Part shown: one piece after another, positions 56,237 through 64,000 of the stretch | How positions within the stretch are numbered: the first letter of the stretch is position 1 | Layout of the letters: every line of letters begins with the position of its first letter | Source of the DNA: an uncultured Nitrososphaerota archaeon | GTDB taxonomy: Archaea > Thermoproteota > Methanomethylicia > Nezhaarchaeales > WYZ-LMO8 | Direction: 5' to 3' | Assembly: GCA_964562935.1 (NCBI GenBank) | Contig: CAZLVJ010000002.1 | Location: forward strand, 844-64,843 | Length of the DNA: 64,000 nt | Notes under the pieces: generated by a model | What the model saw: the letters and a program-made list of their open reading frames with translations, nothing else | Databases searched by the model: none | Told to the model about the DNA's origin: nothing | Position numbers and translations under genes: made by a program

Positions 56237-57874
56237 TCATGAATCTGGAGAGCTACGATCTTCAAGCGACTTCATTGCTTCCTCAAAGCTTCTCGCTACA
56301 ACCTTTTTGTCATAGCCCACGTCAATTACATCCCACGGAGCCTTCTCCCCTGGCTTTAAGAAAACCTCTGGCATGAGTCTTGTCATAGCGGCCCACGACC
56401 TTAACCTTAGCTCCGCTAGCCTCACCAAGCAGGAGGCCAACTTCTCATCCCCAAGAGATAGGACAGCTTGGAAAGCAGCTCTATGAGGGTTTAGGACCTC
56501 AAGCCTGACCCTAGGGCCTTTAAAAAGTTTGAAATATCGTCTGTAGCTCTCCTTTACCTTGTTTGGCTTGGGCGGAGGAAGCCATTGAAAGGGGATGTGC
56601 GCCTTAGGTATCAGAGGGTTCATAGATATGTGGAGCGTGGCCCTACCCTTGGTTACGATTTTAAGAATTTTCTTAAATAGCTGAGAACTACTCTCCATAT
56701 CTTCCTTGGGTAGGCACGTGATCAGGTAAAACTTTATCTCTGTAAAGCCTTTGTCCACTGCCATCTCCACGACATTTTCCAACACTTCATCGTCGTAAGC
56801 CTTGCCCAAAAAAGCTCTATCCGCTTTAGACAGAGACTCCACTCCAAGAGTTATGGTCTTCTGGCCTCCTCTCTTAATGAGTTCGAGGAGCTCATCATCG
56901 ATGACGTCAGGTCTAAGAGATGGTATGGATAGACCGAGGTTTCTCGATAATACTTCTGCACATACGTCCTTAAACCAAGGAACATCAAATATGCCTGTAC
57001 CTATGAGGGCCACGCGATTGGCCTTACTCCTTGAGAGACCTTCGTCTAGCAAGTCCTTTATCTTGCTTAAGCTCCTATACCTGAGGGGGCCATTAGTCCA
57101 AGACACGAGGCAAAACCGACATCTCCTATTACATGATCGAGAAACCTCCAAGCAGAATGCGTTGGCGAAGAGGGGGTCGATGAGCGCATCAGCGCCCGCT
57201 GTGGTGAGTTGAGCTAATATGTGGGGCGCTTGGTCGAGGTTTGGGGCTAGGCACCTTTCCACTCTCTCCTTGCCGTAGCAGTAAACGGACTTTAAATTGC
57301 TCATCTCCTCCAACTTCCTCCTTTTACTCATCTTCGACTTCAAGATCTCTAGCAAGTCGCTGAGGCAAGGCTCTAATTCACCTACGAAGACGCAATCGAC
57401 GATCTTTGACACAGGTAACGGGTTAGCCGACACGGCTTGGCCACCAGCGATTATCACAGGATCCGCTTGACTGCGCTTCTCTGCCATGGGATTTATGCCA
57501 GCATTTAAGAGCATTTTCACCATGTTCACGTAGTCCTCTTCGTATTGAAGGGTAAAGGCGATAACGTCGAAGTCCCTCAGCTCTGCCCCGCTCTCAATGG
57601 TTCTAAGAGGTTCGGCGAGGAAACATCGCTCGCATAATACTTCGTCATCGAGATTGAAGAGGTAGTAGAGCTGTTGAACTGTTAGCCCAGTCATCCCTGC
57701 TTTGTAGACGTTTGGATAACAAAGAACTATCTTCAGTTTGCTCCTCTGCCAATTCTTCCTTATCACGTTGTACTCAAGAAAATCCACTTTCTTCACTGAG
57801 TACATTCTCGAGGCTCTCCCTACTCGAACTGAAGCCGTGTTGACATTTAAATACAGAGTATGTCGCCAGGACAC
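56237..57874 (-). CDS. B12-binding-domain/radical SAM protein, function unknown
   Basis: 545 aa; N-terminal KIVLCYPNVY...flavodoxin/B12-like fold; CNRRCRFC CxxxCxxC. Confidence 0.55.
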   Translation of the reverse strand: MSWRHTLYLNVNTASVRVGRASRMYSVKKVDFLEYNVIRKNWQRSKLKIVLCYPNVYKAGMTGLTVQQLYYLFNLDDEVLCERCFLAEPLRTIESGAELRDFDVIAFTLQYEEDYVNMVKMLLNAGINPMAEKRSQADPVIIAGGQAVSANPLPVSKIVDCVFVGELEPCLSDLLEILKSKMSKRRKLEEMSNLKSVYCYGKERVERCLAPNLDQAPHILAQLTTAGADALIDPLFANAFCLEVSRSCNRRCRFCLVSWTNGPLRYRSLSKIKDLLDEGLSRSKANRVALIGTGIFDVPWFKDVCAEVLSRNLGLSIPSLRPDVIDDELLELIKRGGQKTITLGVESLSKADRAFLGKAYDDEVLENVVEMAVDKGFTEIKFYLITCLPKEDMESSSQLFKKILKIVTKGRATLHISMNPLIPKAHIPFQWLPPPKPNKVKESYRRYFKLFKGPRVRLEVLNPHRAAFQAVLSLGDEKLASCLVRLAELRLRSWAAMTRLMPEVFLKPGEKAPWDVIDVGYDKKVVARSFEEAMKSLEDRSSPDS

Positions 57875-57894
57875 AAAGGTTGGAAATCGAAAGC

Positions 57895-58512
57895 CTAAGC
57901 CAATTGTTGAAGGACGCTTGCCTCTTCGCTTTCAGGCGGCACTTGGAGGAGCTTACTCTTCAATGCTTCGACTTTTCTTAGCGGGTATATCTTCTTAGCT
58001 TTATTGTAGGCGTCGGACGAAATCTTCCCTAGAACTAGTTCTTGAACGAAGTCCTCGAAGCTTAATTGCGACGCCCTCTCCTCCACCACCTGCTTCATTA
58101 TTGCTCTTATAGCGGACTTCTGAGAGGTCTTGGCTCTCTTCACCGTCACGGCTAACATGAACACCCTCAATCGATATCCGTCCTTGGTCTCGATGTCGAA
58201 GATGGCGTCCACTCTCGAGGAGCCTCTTCTAATTAAGCTCCTCACGTAGTCCCTAGCGAGTTCATGTCCTTTGAAGATGGTGTACGCTTTATCACCTTCG
58301 ACCTTAATTATCTGGAAGCGCAACTTCATGTGTTGATGTGAAAAGTCGTTTGTAATGCTGTAGAGAGTGGTCCAAAGGGTCCTCCTAATGACTTTTGTAG
58401 GCGAAGACGTCATAGTCTTGCCTAGTTCGACGAACCCGAAGTACTTGGGCGCTAGTATGGTTATCCATGCCTTAGGTTGCGTCTTTATTGCTTTTACCTT
58501 CTTTGAGGACAC
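57895..58512 (-). CDS. rps3ae: 30S ribosomal protein S3Ae (S1e)
   Basis: 205 aa; KAWITILAPKYFG typical. Confidence 0.8.
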   Translation of the reverse strand: MSSKKVKAIKTQPKAWITILAPKYFGFVELGKTMTSSPTKVIRRTLWTTLYSITNDFSHQHMKLRFQIIKVEGDKAYTIFKGHELARDYVRSLIRRGSSRVDAIFDIETKDGYRLRVFMLAVTVKRAKTSQKSAIRAIMKQVVEERASQLSFEDFVQELVLGKISSDAYNKAKKIYPLRKVEALKSKLLQVPPESEEASVLQQLA

Positions 58513-58605
58513 TCATAGCCACCTCTTACGTGCATTTGCTAAGCGCTTTTCACGATGTCGCTTAAAGCATAGAGACGACAATTTAAACCTTTTCATTAAC
58601 AGCCG

Positions 58606-58866
58606 CTAAGAAATACCGCCCTTGCTTAATAGTTTGAGAAGGGGTTGCAGACAGGCGAATACGTCGTTCATAGTGTTTATGACCGTCCCGATGTCTTCAG
58701 CCTCGACAACCATGCTTAAATGATTTTCATCGACCTTATTGACCTCTAACTTTAAGCCTTCTGGAGAAGTCGCGTTATCGGGGTTCAAAGCTCTTATCAC
58801 AACGTCGACAAGACCTGGAAGCAGTACAAGAAGCTCCAGCGTTATTCGTTTTCTGCCTTTCTTCAA
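58606..58866 (-). CDS. Small Pcc1-like paralog (possible Pcc2) / hypothetical
   Basis: 86 aa; ...MVVEAEDIGTVINTMNDVFACL resembles the Pcc1 fold pattern. Confidence 0.3.
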   Translation of the reverse strand: MKKGRKRITLELLVLLPGLVDVVIRALNPDNATSPEGLKLEVNKVDENHLSMVVEAEDIGTVINTMNDVFACLQPLLKLLSKGGIS

Positions 58867-60314
58867 AATCGCGCCCCCGTTTTCAAAGCCCTGCCAATTA
58901 ATAGATCCACCGTCTTGACGAAGTCGTCGAGGGATTCCAAGGGAATTATGGCCCCAGCGGCACTTTCGTGGCCACCTCCACTACCACCCACTTGTTCGGC
59001 GGCCTTCTTGATTATGGCACCCAGGTTTATCCCCCGCTTCGATAAGGTCTCGTGCATGCGAGCCGATACCTTAACTTTACCTTTGGTCGAATAGGTCACC
59101 GATATCAGGGGCTTGGACAAGTCGCACATGTAGGACGAGATGGCTATGGAAGCGATGGCCCCCAATACCCTCTCATCGACCACGTTCCTCATGTCCATCA
59201 CTTGTACGTTACTTAGCGTACGCACGTAGGATGGATCGCTACGCAGTAGAGACAGGTATTGAGCTAGCCTCCTCCTATATTCCAGAGATATAGCCTCCGC
59301 TTGGCTCAAGATCTTCCCTCTATCCCCTAAGCCTATAGCTAGACCAATACCGTGCTTCCTCAGCCTGCCGCACGCATTCAGCATCTGCGCGAACTCGTGA
59401 GCATACCTCAGCGACGAATCTTCGGGTTCGTAGAGGAACTCGTAGATGAGGCCGAAGAGGGCATTTGCTGACTGAGGGCTAAACCCCTTCATTAGCAGGT
59501 GCTTTATAAGCGCCGTAGCTAACTTAGACACCTCATCGGCGCTCAAATCCTTATACGTCGTTAAAGAGCCGTCAGACCTCTTTAACGCTATGCCTATGCT
59601 TTCGAGGAAATGTTGAGAGGCCATTTCGTCGTAGGTCAAGCCGGGCAGTAAGGGGTCCACAGTATACATAAGCGACTTCACTAGAGGTTGGCGAGGTACG
59701 CCATAGAGCCTTAACCCTGTAAACCTTCTGACCCAACCTCTCTCTATCGCCTCTTGAACTATTAACTTGTTCAGCCCCACGAAGCCTTGTGCGCTTTCCT
59801 GTCTATCACCTATGGCGCCAGCCATGGCAAGGTATGCCGCCTCGCGGTCTACGGTATTCATGCTCTTAGACACGAGGTACGCCAGCCCCGAGGCGCTGAC
59901 GTCCTTTCCACCATTGAGCCCGAAGAAGTGCGGGTTTAACTCTCTAAGCTTCTCGTTAACGACCTCCGAGCTCCTCAGAGGCTCGTGGTGGTCAATTACA
60001 CTGGCCGGAAGGAGGCCTTTGTCTGCTATGGCCTCCACCGCCGAGCTACCCAAGTCGACGAAGATGTAGTAATCGCCCTTTGGGAGAGAGGCTAAAGTCT
60101 CTTCATCGAGCTGATCCACGACTCTTATTGCGAAAGGCCTTTCAATTTTCATGAGCGACCTTGCTATTATTGATGCAGCTGCCAATCCATCAGCGTCGTA
60201 ATGGGTTACTACTACGTAGAGGTCGGCCGAAGAGCTTTCCATGCTCTCAACTATTTGGAGGGCCGCATCGCTTAGCGCAGACAGCCCTTCAAGCCGCTCA
60301 TCGCCTGAGGCCAT
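58863..60314 (-). CDS. RecJ/Cdc45-like DHH-family protein (GAN/RecJdbh-type)
   Basis: 483 aa; VVTHYDADGLAAASII DHH motif, VIDHHEP, C-terminal GGGHESAAGA DHHA1. Confidence 0.7.
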   Translation of the reverse strand: MASGDERLEGLSALSDAALQIVESMESSSADLYVVVTHYDADGLAAASIIARSLMKIERPFAIRVVDQLDEETLASLPKGDYYIFVDLGSSAVEAIADKGLLPASVIDHHEPLRSSEVVNEKLRELNPHFFGLNGGKDVSASGLAYLVSKSMNTVDREAAYLAMAGAIGDRQESAQGFVGLNKLIVQEAIERGWVRRFTGLRLYGVPRQPLVKSLMYTVDPLLPGLTYDEMASQHFLESIGIALKRSDGSLTTYKDLSADEVSKLATALIKHLLMKGFSPQSANALFGLIYEFLYEPEDSSLRYAHEFAQMLNACGRLRKHGIGLAIGLGDRGKILSQAEAISLEYRRRLAQYLSLLRSDPSYVRTLSNVQVMDMRNVVDERVLGAIASIAISSYMCDLSKPLISVTYSTKGKVKVSARMHETLSKRGINLGAIIKKAAEQVGGSGGGHESAAGAIIPLESLDDFVKTVDLLIGRALKTGARF

Positions 60315-60326
60315 GGTTTATTCAGC

Positions 60327-60773
60327 TTATGCTATTACACTTATCTTCCCAGGCTCATACTTCCAATCTGGAGGCAACACCCTTTTTCGCTTGTAGTACT
60401 TCACAAGCCTATGTATCTTAGACTCCGTGAGCTGGAGGCCCCGGAGCGAGAAATAATCCTTTGGGTGCTCCTCTAGGTGGCGTCTTATTCTTATGGCCTT
60501 CTTAATTAAATTAGCAAGATCCTCCGGAATTTGAGGGGCCAACCCCTTTTCAGCGAGTACTTGAGTCAGCTTCTTCCCTATGATGGCCTTGGTCAATGCT
60601 ATCCCGTGCTGGTCCCTGAGCAAGATACCGATCATTGATGGAGGGTAGCCCTTCTTGGCGTAATCGACGATCAGAGAAACGACCTCGTCCTCAGACACCT
60701 TTAGCTTCGCCGCTACATCGCTCGTTATAGGCCTTGTCGAGTGAGACTTCCCCTTCTCCCTGCTCCTCCGCAC
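60327..60773 (-). CDS. rps15: 30S ribosomal protein S15 (S13e)
   Basis: 148 aa; GKSHSTRP N-terminus, RLVKYYKRKRVLPPDWKY C-terminus. Confidence 0.8.
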   Translation of the reverse strand: MRRSREKGKSHSTRPITSDVAAKLKVSEDEVVSLIVDYAKKGYPPSMIGILLRDQHGIALTKAIIGKKLTQVLAEKGLAPQIPEDLANLIKKAIRIRRHLEEHPKDYFSLRGLQLTESKIHRLVKYYKRKRVLPPDWKYEPGKISVIA

Positions 60774-60843
60774 CTTATTGCCACCTTCCAGTTAGACTTT
60801 ATGGGGATACACATAAATATTACGTGCAATGAAGTAGACTTCA

Positions 60844-61428
60844 ATGCTCACGCGGATCGCCTACGTCAGTAATAACCCCCACAAAGCCCGCGAGAGCTCT
60901 TCTATATTGAGAGAGCTGGGCATAGAGGTCGAGGTCGTGCAGGTCGACATACCTGAAATTCAGTCCGACGATGTAGTGGAGATAGCCAAATTTAGGGCAA
61001 GGGAGGCCTACAGACTGCTGAAGAGACCGGTCATAGTAGAGGACGCAGGGCTATTCATTGACGCACTCAACGGTTTTCCGGGGCCATATTCTTCATATGC
61101 CTTCAAAACCATAGGGATTAACGGGATACTCAAATTGATGAGGGGCGAGAAGAGGAGGACGGCCACTTTTAAGTCTGTGGTGGTATTTCACGACGGAAGG
61201 AGGATGCGCGCGTTCCTGGGCCAAGTAAGGGGGAGGATATCCTTTGAACCGAAGGGATCGTCGTGGGGGTTCGACCCGATATTCGAGCCCAAGGGCCTGA
61301 AGGGACTTACTTATGCCCAACTGTCTCCTGAGGTAAAAAACAAGGTGTCCCATAGAAGAAAGGCTCTTGAAAAGCTTGCCCGATATTTAATAAGGAGGGC
61401 CAAACATTTAAAAAGAGAAGAGGGTTAA
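60844..61428 (+). CDS. Non-canonical purine NTP pyrophosphatase (Ham1/ITPase)
   Basis: 194 aa; YVSNNPHKARE, EDAGLFIDALNGFPGPYSSY, SHR motifs. Confidence 0.8.
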   Translation: MLTRIAYVSNNPHKARESSSILRELGIEVEVVQVDIPEIQSDDVVEIAKFRAREAYRLLKRPVIVEDAGLFIDALNGFPGPYSSYAFKTIGINGILKLMRGEKRRTATFKSVVVFHDGRRMRAFLGQVRGRISFEPKGSSWGFDPIFEPKGLKGLTYAQLSPEVKNKVSHRRKALEKLARYLIRRAKHLKREEG

Positions 61429-61459
61429 CGCTCTTTGTTTAAGGAAAGGAGGGTTAGTA

Positions 61460-61858
61460 TTGTCTCGAAAGCCCGTGGAGGCTGGCTCGCTTAAAGAAGG
61501 CTCCTTCGTGGTGATAGACGAGGAGCCGTGCAAGATAGTCGAGGTGGAGAAGTCGAAGCCAGGGAAGCATGGCTCAGCCAAAGTCCGAATAACCGCCATA
61601 GGGATTTTCGACGGAGTCAAGAGGAGCATGGTCGTGCCAGTGGATCAGAAGGTCGACGTCCCTATAGTTGGAAAGAAGGTTGCTCAAGTAATATCGATAA
61701 CGCCAGCGAGCGTCCAATTGATGGACCTCTCGAGCTACGAGGTCTTTGAGGTGTCCAAAGAGGCGATAGAGGTAGACTTGCTTAACAAAATGGCTGTAGG
61801 TACCGAGGTAGAGGTATGGGAGCTCTTGGGCAAGAGGAAGATCATGCGGACGCGATAA
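61460..61858 (+). CDS. eif5a: Translation initiation factor 5A (TTG start, GGAGGG SD)
   Basis: 132 aa; hypusination loop KPGKHGSAKVRI. Confidence 0.85.
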   Translation: MSRKPVEAGSLKEGSFVVIDEEPCKIVEVEKSKPGKHGSAKVRITAIGIFDGVKRSMVVPVDQKVDVPIVGKKVAQVISITPASVQLMDLSSYEVFEVSKEAIEVDLLNKMAVGTEVEVWELLGKRKIMRTR

Positions 61859-61910
61859 ATGCTCAAATGGACCTATTGAACCAAGGTGATGTGCATTAGA
61901 GATCAAGCGC

Positions 61911-62777
61911 GTGGGTATAGTTTCAAAACAAGACCTGAAAGAGTCATTAAAACTCATAGAAGAGGTCTTGCCGTTGCTTAAGGCAAGAGGTCTGGAGGTC
62001 CTCATCGATCGAGATATTGCTAACGCATCGGCAGACCCGGATGTCAGGCGCTCGGCCTCATCCATCCATGATTTAAAGAGCTCTGATATGATCATAGTAT
62101 TCGGAGGAGACGGCACGATACTGCAAGCAGTGCGAAAGCTCAAGCCTCCCCTCAGAATCCTAGGCGTCGACATGGGTTACATGGGCTTTCTCTGCGAGGC
62201 GGAGCCCGAAGAGTTGAGAGAAATCCTGGACAAGATCCTGAGAGAGGAGTATCACTTGCAGAGGGTGAGCTTGTTGTCCGTGAGGGTGAATGGGCTGGAG
62301 AGAGACGTCGCGCTCAACGACGTTCTCGTCCTCACGTCGGAACCCGCCAAGGTCCTGGAGTTCACGGTTAAGGCCGATGGAATTGAGGTATTCAGCGGAA
62401 GAGCCGACGGAGTTTTAGTGTCGTCAACCGTCGGCTCCACGGCTTACGCCCTTTCAGCGGGCGGTCCTCTCATAGACCCCCTCGTAGAGTGCCTAGTGAC
62501 CGTGGTGTTGAACCCCTTGAAGTTAGGGGTCAGACCAGTAGTGCTCCCACCAAGTAGCAGAGTCGAGGTGTCGTTCCTCAAGCAAAGTTCCCGAGCAGCT
62601 TCTATATACTCCGACGGAGCTCTCACCTGTCACGTAGGCGTAGGGGACGTCGTAGAGATATGTAAGTCGAGCCACCAAGTAGAGCTCGTCAGGGTCAAGG
62701 ACTTCAGGAGGGCTTTTTACAAGAAGTTCTATGAGGTACGCATCCGTGGAGGAAAGGAACGCCCACGTAAGGGATAA
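61911..62777 (+). CDS. nadK: NAD kinase
   Basis: 288 aa; IIVFGGDGTILQA and NDVLV motifs. Confidence 0.8.
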   Translation: MGIVSKQDLKESLKLIEEVLPLLKARGLEVLIDRDIANASADPDVRRSASSIHDLKSSDMIIVFGGDGTILQAVRKLKPPLRILGVDMGYMGFLCEAEPEELREILDKILREEYHLQRVSLLSVRVNGLERDVALNDVLVLTSEPAKVLEFTVKADGIEVFSGRADGVLVSSTVGSTAYALSAGGPLIDPLVECLVTVVLNPLKLGVRPVVLPPSSRVEVSFLKQSSRAASIYSDGALTCHVGVGDVVEICKSSHQVELVRVKDFRRAFYKKFYEVRIRGGKERPRKG

Positions 62778-63285
62778 GGGTTGCGCCGTCGTCGATACGA
62801 GTGCGCTCCTCGTGGACAACGCAGTGCAGTACTTGCAGGGCTATCACTGCTTCACCGTGCCTAAGGTCATCGAGGAGGTCAAGACCCTAAGGCATAAGGC
62901 TGGCGTAGAGGTCCTCTTGGACGCTAAAGTGTTAGACGTCGTAGAGGTGGCTAGAGATTGTTTGAGAGAAGTGGTCGAAGTCGCGAGGAAGAGCGGCGAC
63001 ATAACCTCACTGTCTAAGACAGATCTCGAAGTGCTCGCCTTGGCGCTTCAGCTCAAGAGGCAGGGGCGCGACCTGGTCCTGATAACCGACGACTACACGG
63101 TACAAAACCTCGCCTCGCGCCTCAAGATAAGGTGCCACAGTATAAAGGCAAAGGGCATAGAGAAGAGGATAAGGTGGCGTTATCGGTGCACAGCCTGTGG
63201 TAAGGTGTATTACAAGTTCTTGGAGGAGTGTAGCATTTGTGGCCACGAGCTAAAGAGAGAGGTAGCGGGGTATGAAGGTCTTTGA
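62731..63285 (+). CDS. nob1: Nob1-like endonuclease (PIN + zinc ribbon)
   Basis: 184 aa; [13 protein letters not shown] start; C-terminal [22 protein letters not shown]. Confidence 0.65.
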   Translation: MRYASVEERNAHVRDKGCAVVDTSALLVDNAVQYLQGYHCFTVPKVIEEVKTLRHKAGVEVLLDAKVLDVVEVARDCLREVVEVARKSGDITSLSKTDLEVLALALQLKRQGRDLVLITDDYTVQNLASRLKIRCHSIKAKGIEKRIRWRYRCTACGKVYYKFLEECSICGHELKREVAGYEGL

Positions 63286-64000
63286 TACCGCTGTACCAGC
63301 CCTCAGAGGCGGCCCTGAAGATTATTCGCTCCGTCTACGGAGGGGCGGCGGACCAAGTAATAATGGCGCTCTCGTCCCCTGGCTCGTGGTACACCGTTAG
63401 GGTAAATACCCTCAAGAGCTCCGTCGACAAGGTGGAGGAAGGTCTCCGATCCTTAGGCTTTGAGGTGAGGGCTCTCGCCGATCTCGACGTCGTGCTCATT
63501 AAGGTCCTAGGACCGTTCGACGTGCCCGAGCTCCAGAAGAAGATAGTAGTCGATAAGCTGACAGCGGAGGCGGTCATGGTCGGGGCTAACGTCTACGCAC
63601 CGGGGGTGAAGAACATGGAAGGAATCGAAAGGGGCGATGTCGTGACGATAACGGATCCTAGGGGGAGGGCTGTGGCCGTGGGAAGGGCCGTGATAAGCTC
63701 AAGGGAGCTGAAATTCTTGAAGAAGGGCTTAGTGGCCGAGACCTTGACCTCGGTCTATAAACTACCGCCCATAAGGAGCTTGGAGCTCTACGCGAGGGGC
63801 GAAATATACCCTCAGTCCCTGCCGTCCGTCTTGGCCGTCAGGGCCCTAGATCCTAGAGAGGGGGAGTTAGTGATAGACCTCACGGCCTCTCCGGGCGGAA
63901 AGCTCACCTACGCCAGCCAGCTCATGAAGAACAAGGGGCTGGTGATAGGAATCGACCGCTCGCCGAAGAAAGTAGAGGCGCTAAATGAGAATCTGCACCG
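63282..64000 (+). CDS. NOL1/NOP2/Sun-family RNA cytosine-C5 methyltransferase with PUA domain; partial, start uncertain (TTG 63282 or ATG 63363)
   Basis: Own translation: ...YTVRVNTLK...PUA ([25 protein letters not shown])...[14 protein letters not shown] (Sun motif I); open to window end. Confidence 0.7.
   Translation, partial: MIPLYQPSEAALKIIRSVYGGAADQVIMALSSPGSWYTVRVNTLKSSVDKVEEGLRSLGFEVRALADLDVVLIKVLGPFDVPELQKKIVVDKLTAEAVMVGANVYAPGVKNMEGIERGDVVTITDPRGRAVAVGRAVISSRELKFLKKGLVAETLTSVYKLPPIRSLELYARGEIYPQSLPSVLAVRALDPREGELVIDLTASPGGKLTYASQLMKNKGLVIGIDRSPKKVEALNENLH

Noticed and set aside
61574-62173. 199-aa minus-strand ORF
   Set aside because: It is antisense to the strongly supported eif5a and NAD kinase genes and has no motifs.
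1-64000. Mobile elements, integrases, transposases, prophage or toxin-antitoxin islands
   Set aside because: None recognised. The coding content is almost entirely conserved information-processing genes, with no att-like repeats flanking tRNA-Ser or tRNA-Val.

Overview
This window is a gene-dense (about 90% coding) stretch of an archaeal chromosome from a hyperthermophilic Thermoproteota/TACK-type organism. The lineage call rests on an archaeal histone, Alba, a SmAP3-type Sm protein, Rpo8, Gins15 next to PriS, and frequent TTG/GTG start codons. GC content is about 50%, and the exact genus cannot be determined from the sequence alone.

Most of the window is core information-processing genes:
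- a ribosomal-protein block L3-L4-L23-L2-(S19)-L22-S3-L29, plus L10e, L21e, L44e, S27e, S17e, L40e, L37ae, S3Ae and S15
- the exosome superoperon: proteasome alpha, SBDS, Rrp4, Rrp41, Rrp42, L37ae, Brix, Pcc1, prefoldin beta
- Csl4/RpoL/Dph2, PCNA, PriL, PriS and a GINS subunit
- IleRS, AspRS, SRP54, thermosome, ABCE1, a class V fructose-bisphosphate aldolase/phosphatase, AglB, ArcTGT, Pus10, KsgA, aIF5A, eIF2alpha, NAD kinase and Nob1
- two tRNAs: Ser-TGA on the + strand and Val-CAC on the - strand

No CRISPR array, transposase or integrase was seen. The observations most worth a second look are:
1. A compact Flp/Tad-like (Epd-like) type IV pilus operon on the - strand at 36760-40555. It has an unusually long (708 aa) TadA/FlaI-family ATPase with a cysteine-rich N-terminal extension, split TadB/TadC-like membrane proteins, and an 81-aa Flp-like prepilin.
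2. A 23-codon Glu/Trp-repeat micro-ORF (MEEEWEEW...) exactly bracketing a tandem repeat upstream of ABCE1.
3. A MoaD/ThiS-like beta-grasp domain with an internal Gly-Gly fused to an unknown C-terminal domain, next to THUMP and radical-SAM genes.
4. An inverted S19 gene inside the otherwise co-oriented ribosomal-protein cluster.
5. A PP-loop/PUA/ferredoxin fusion enzyme.
6. Two Pcc1-like paralogs.
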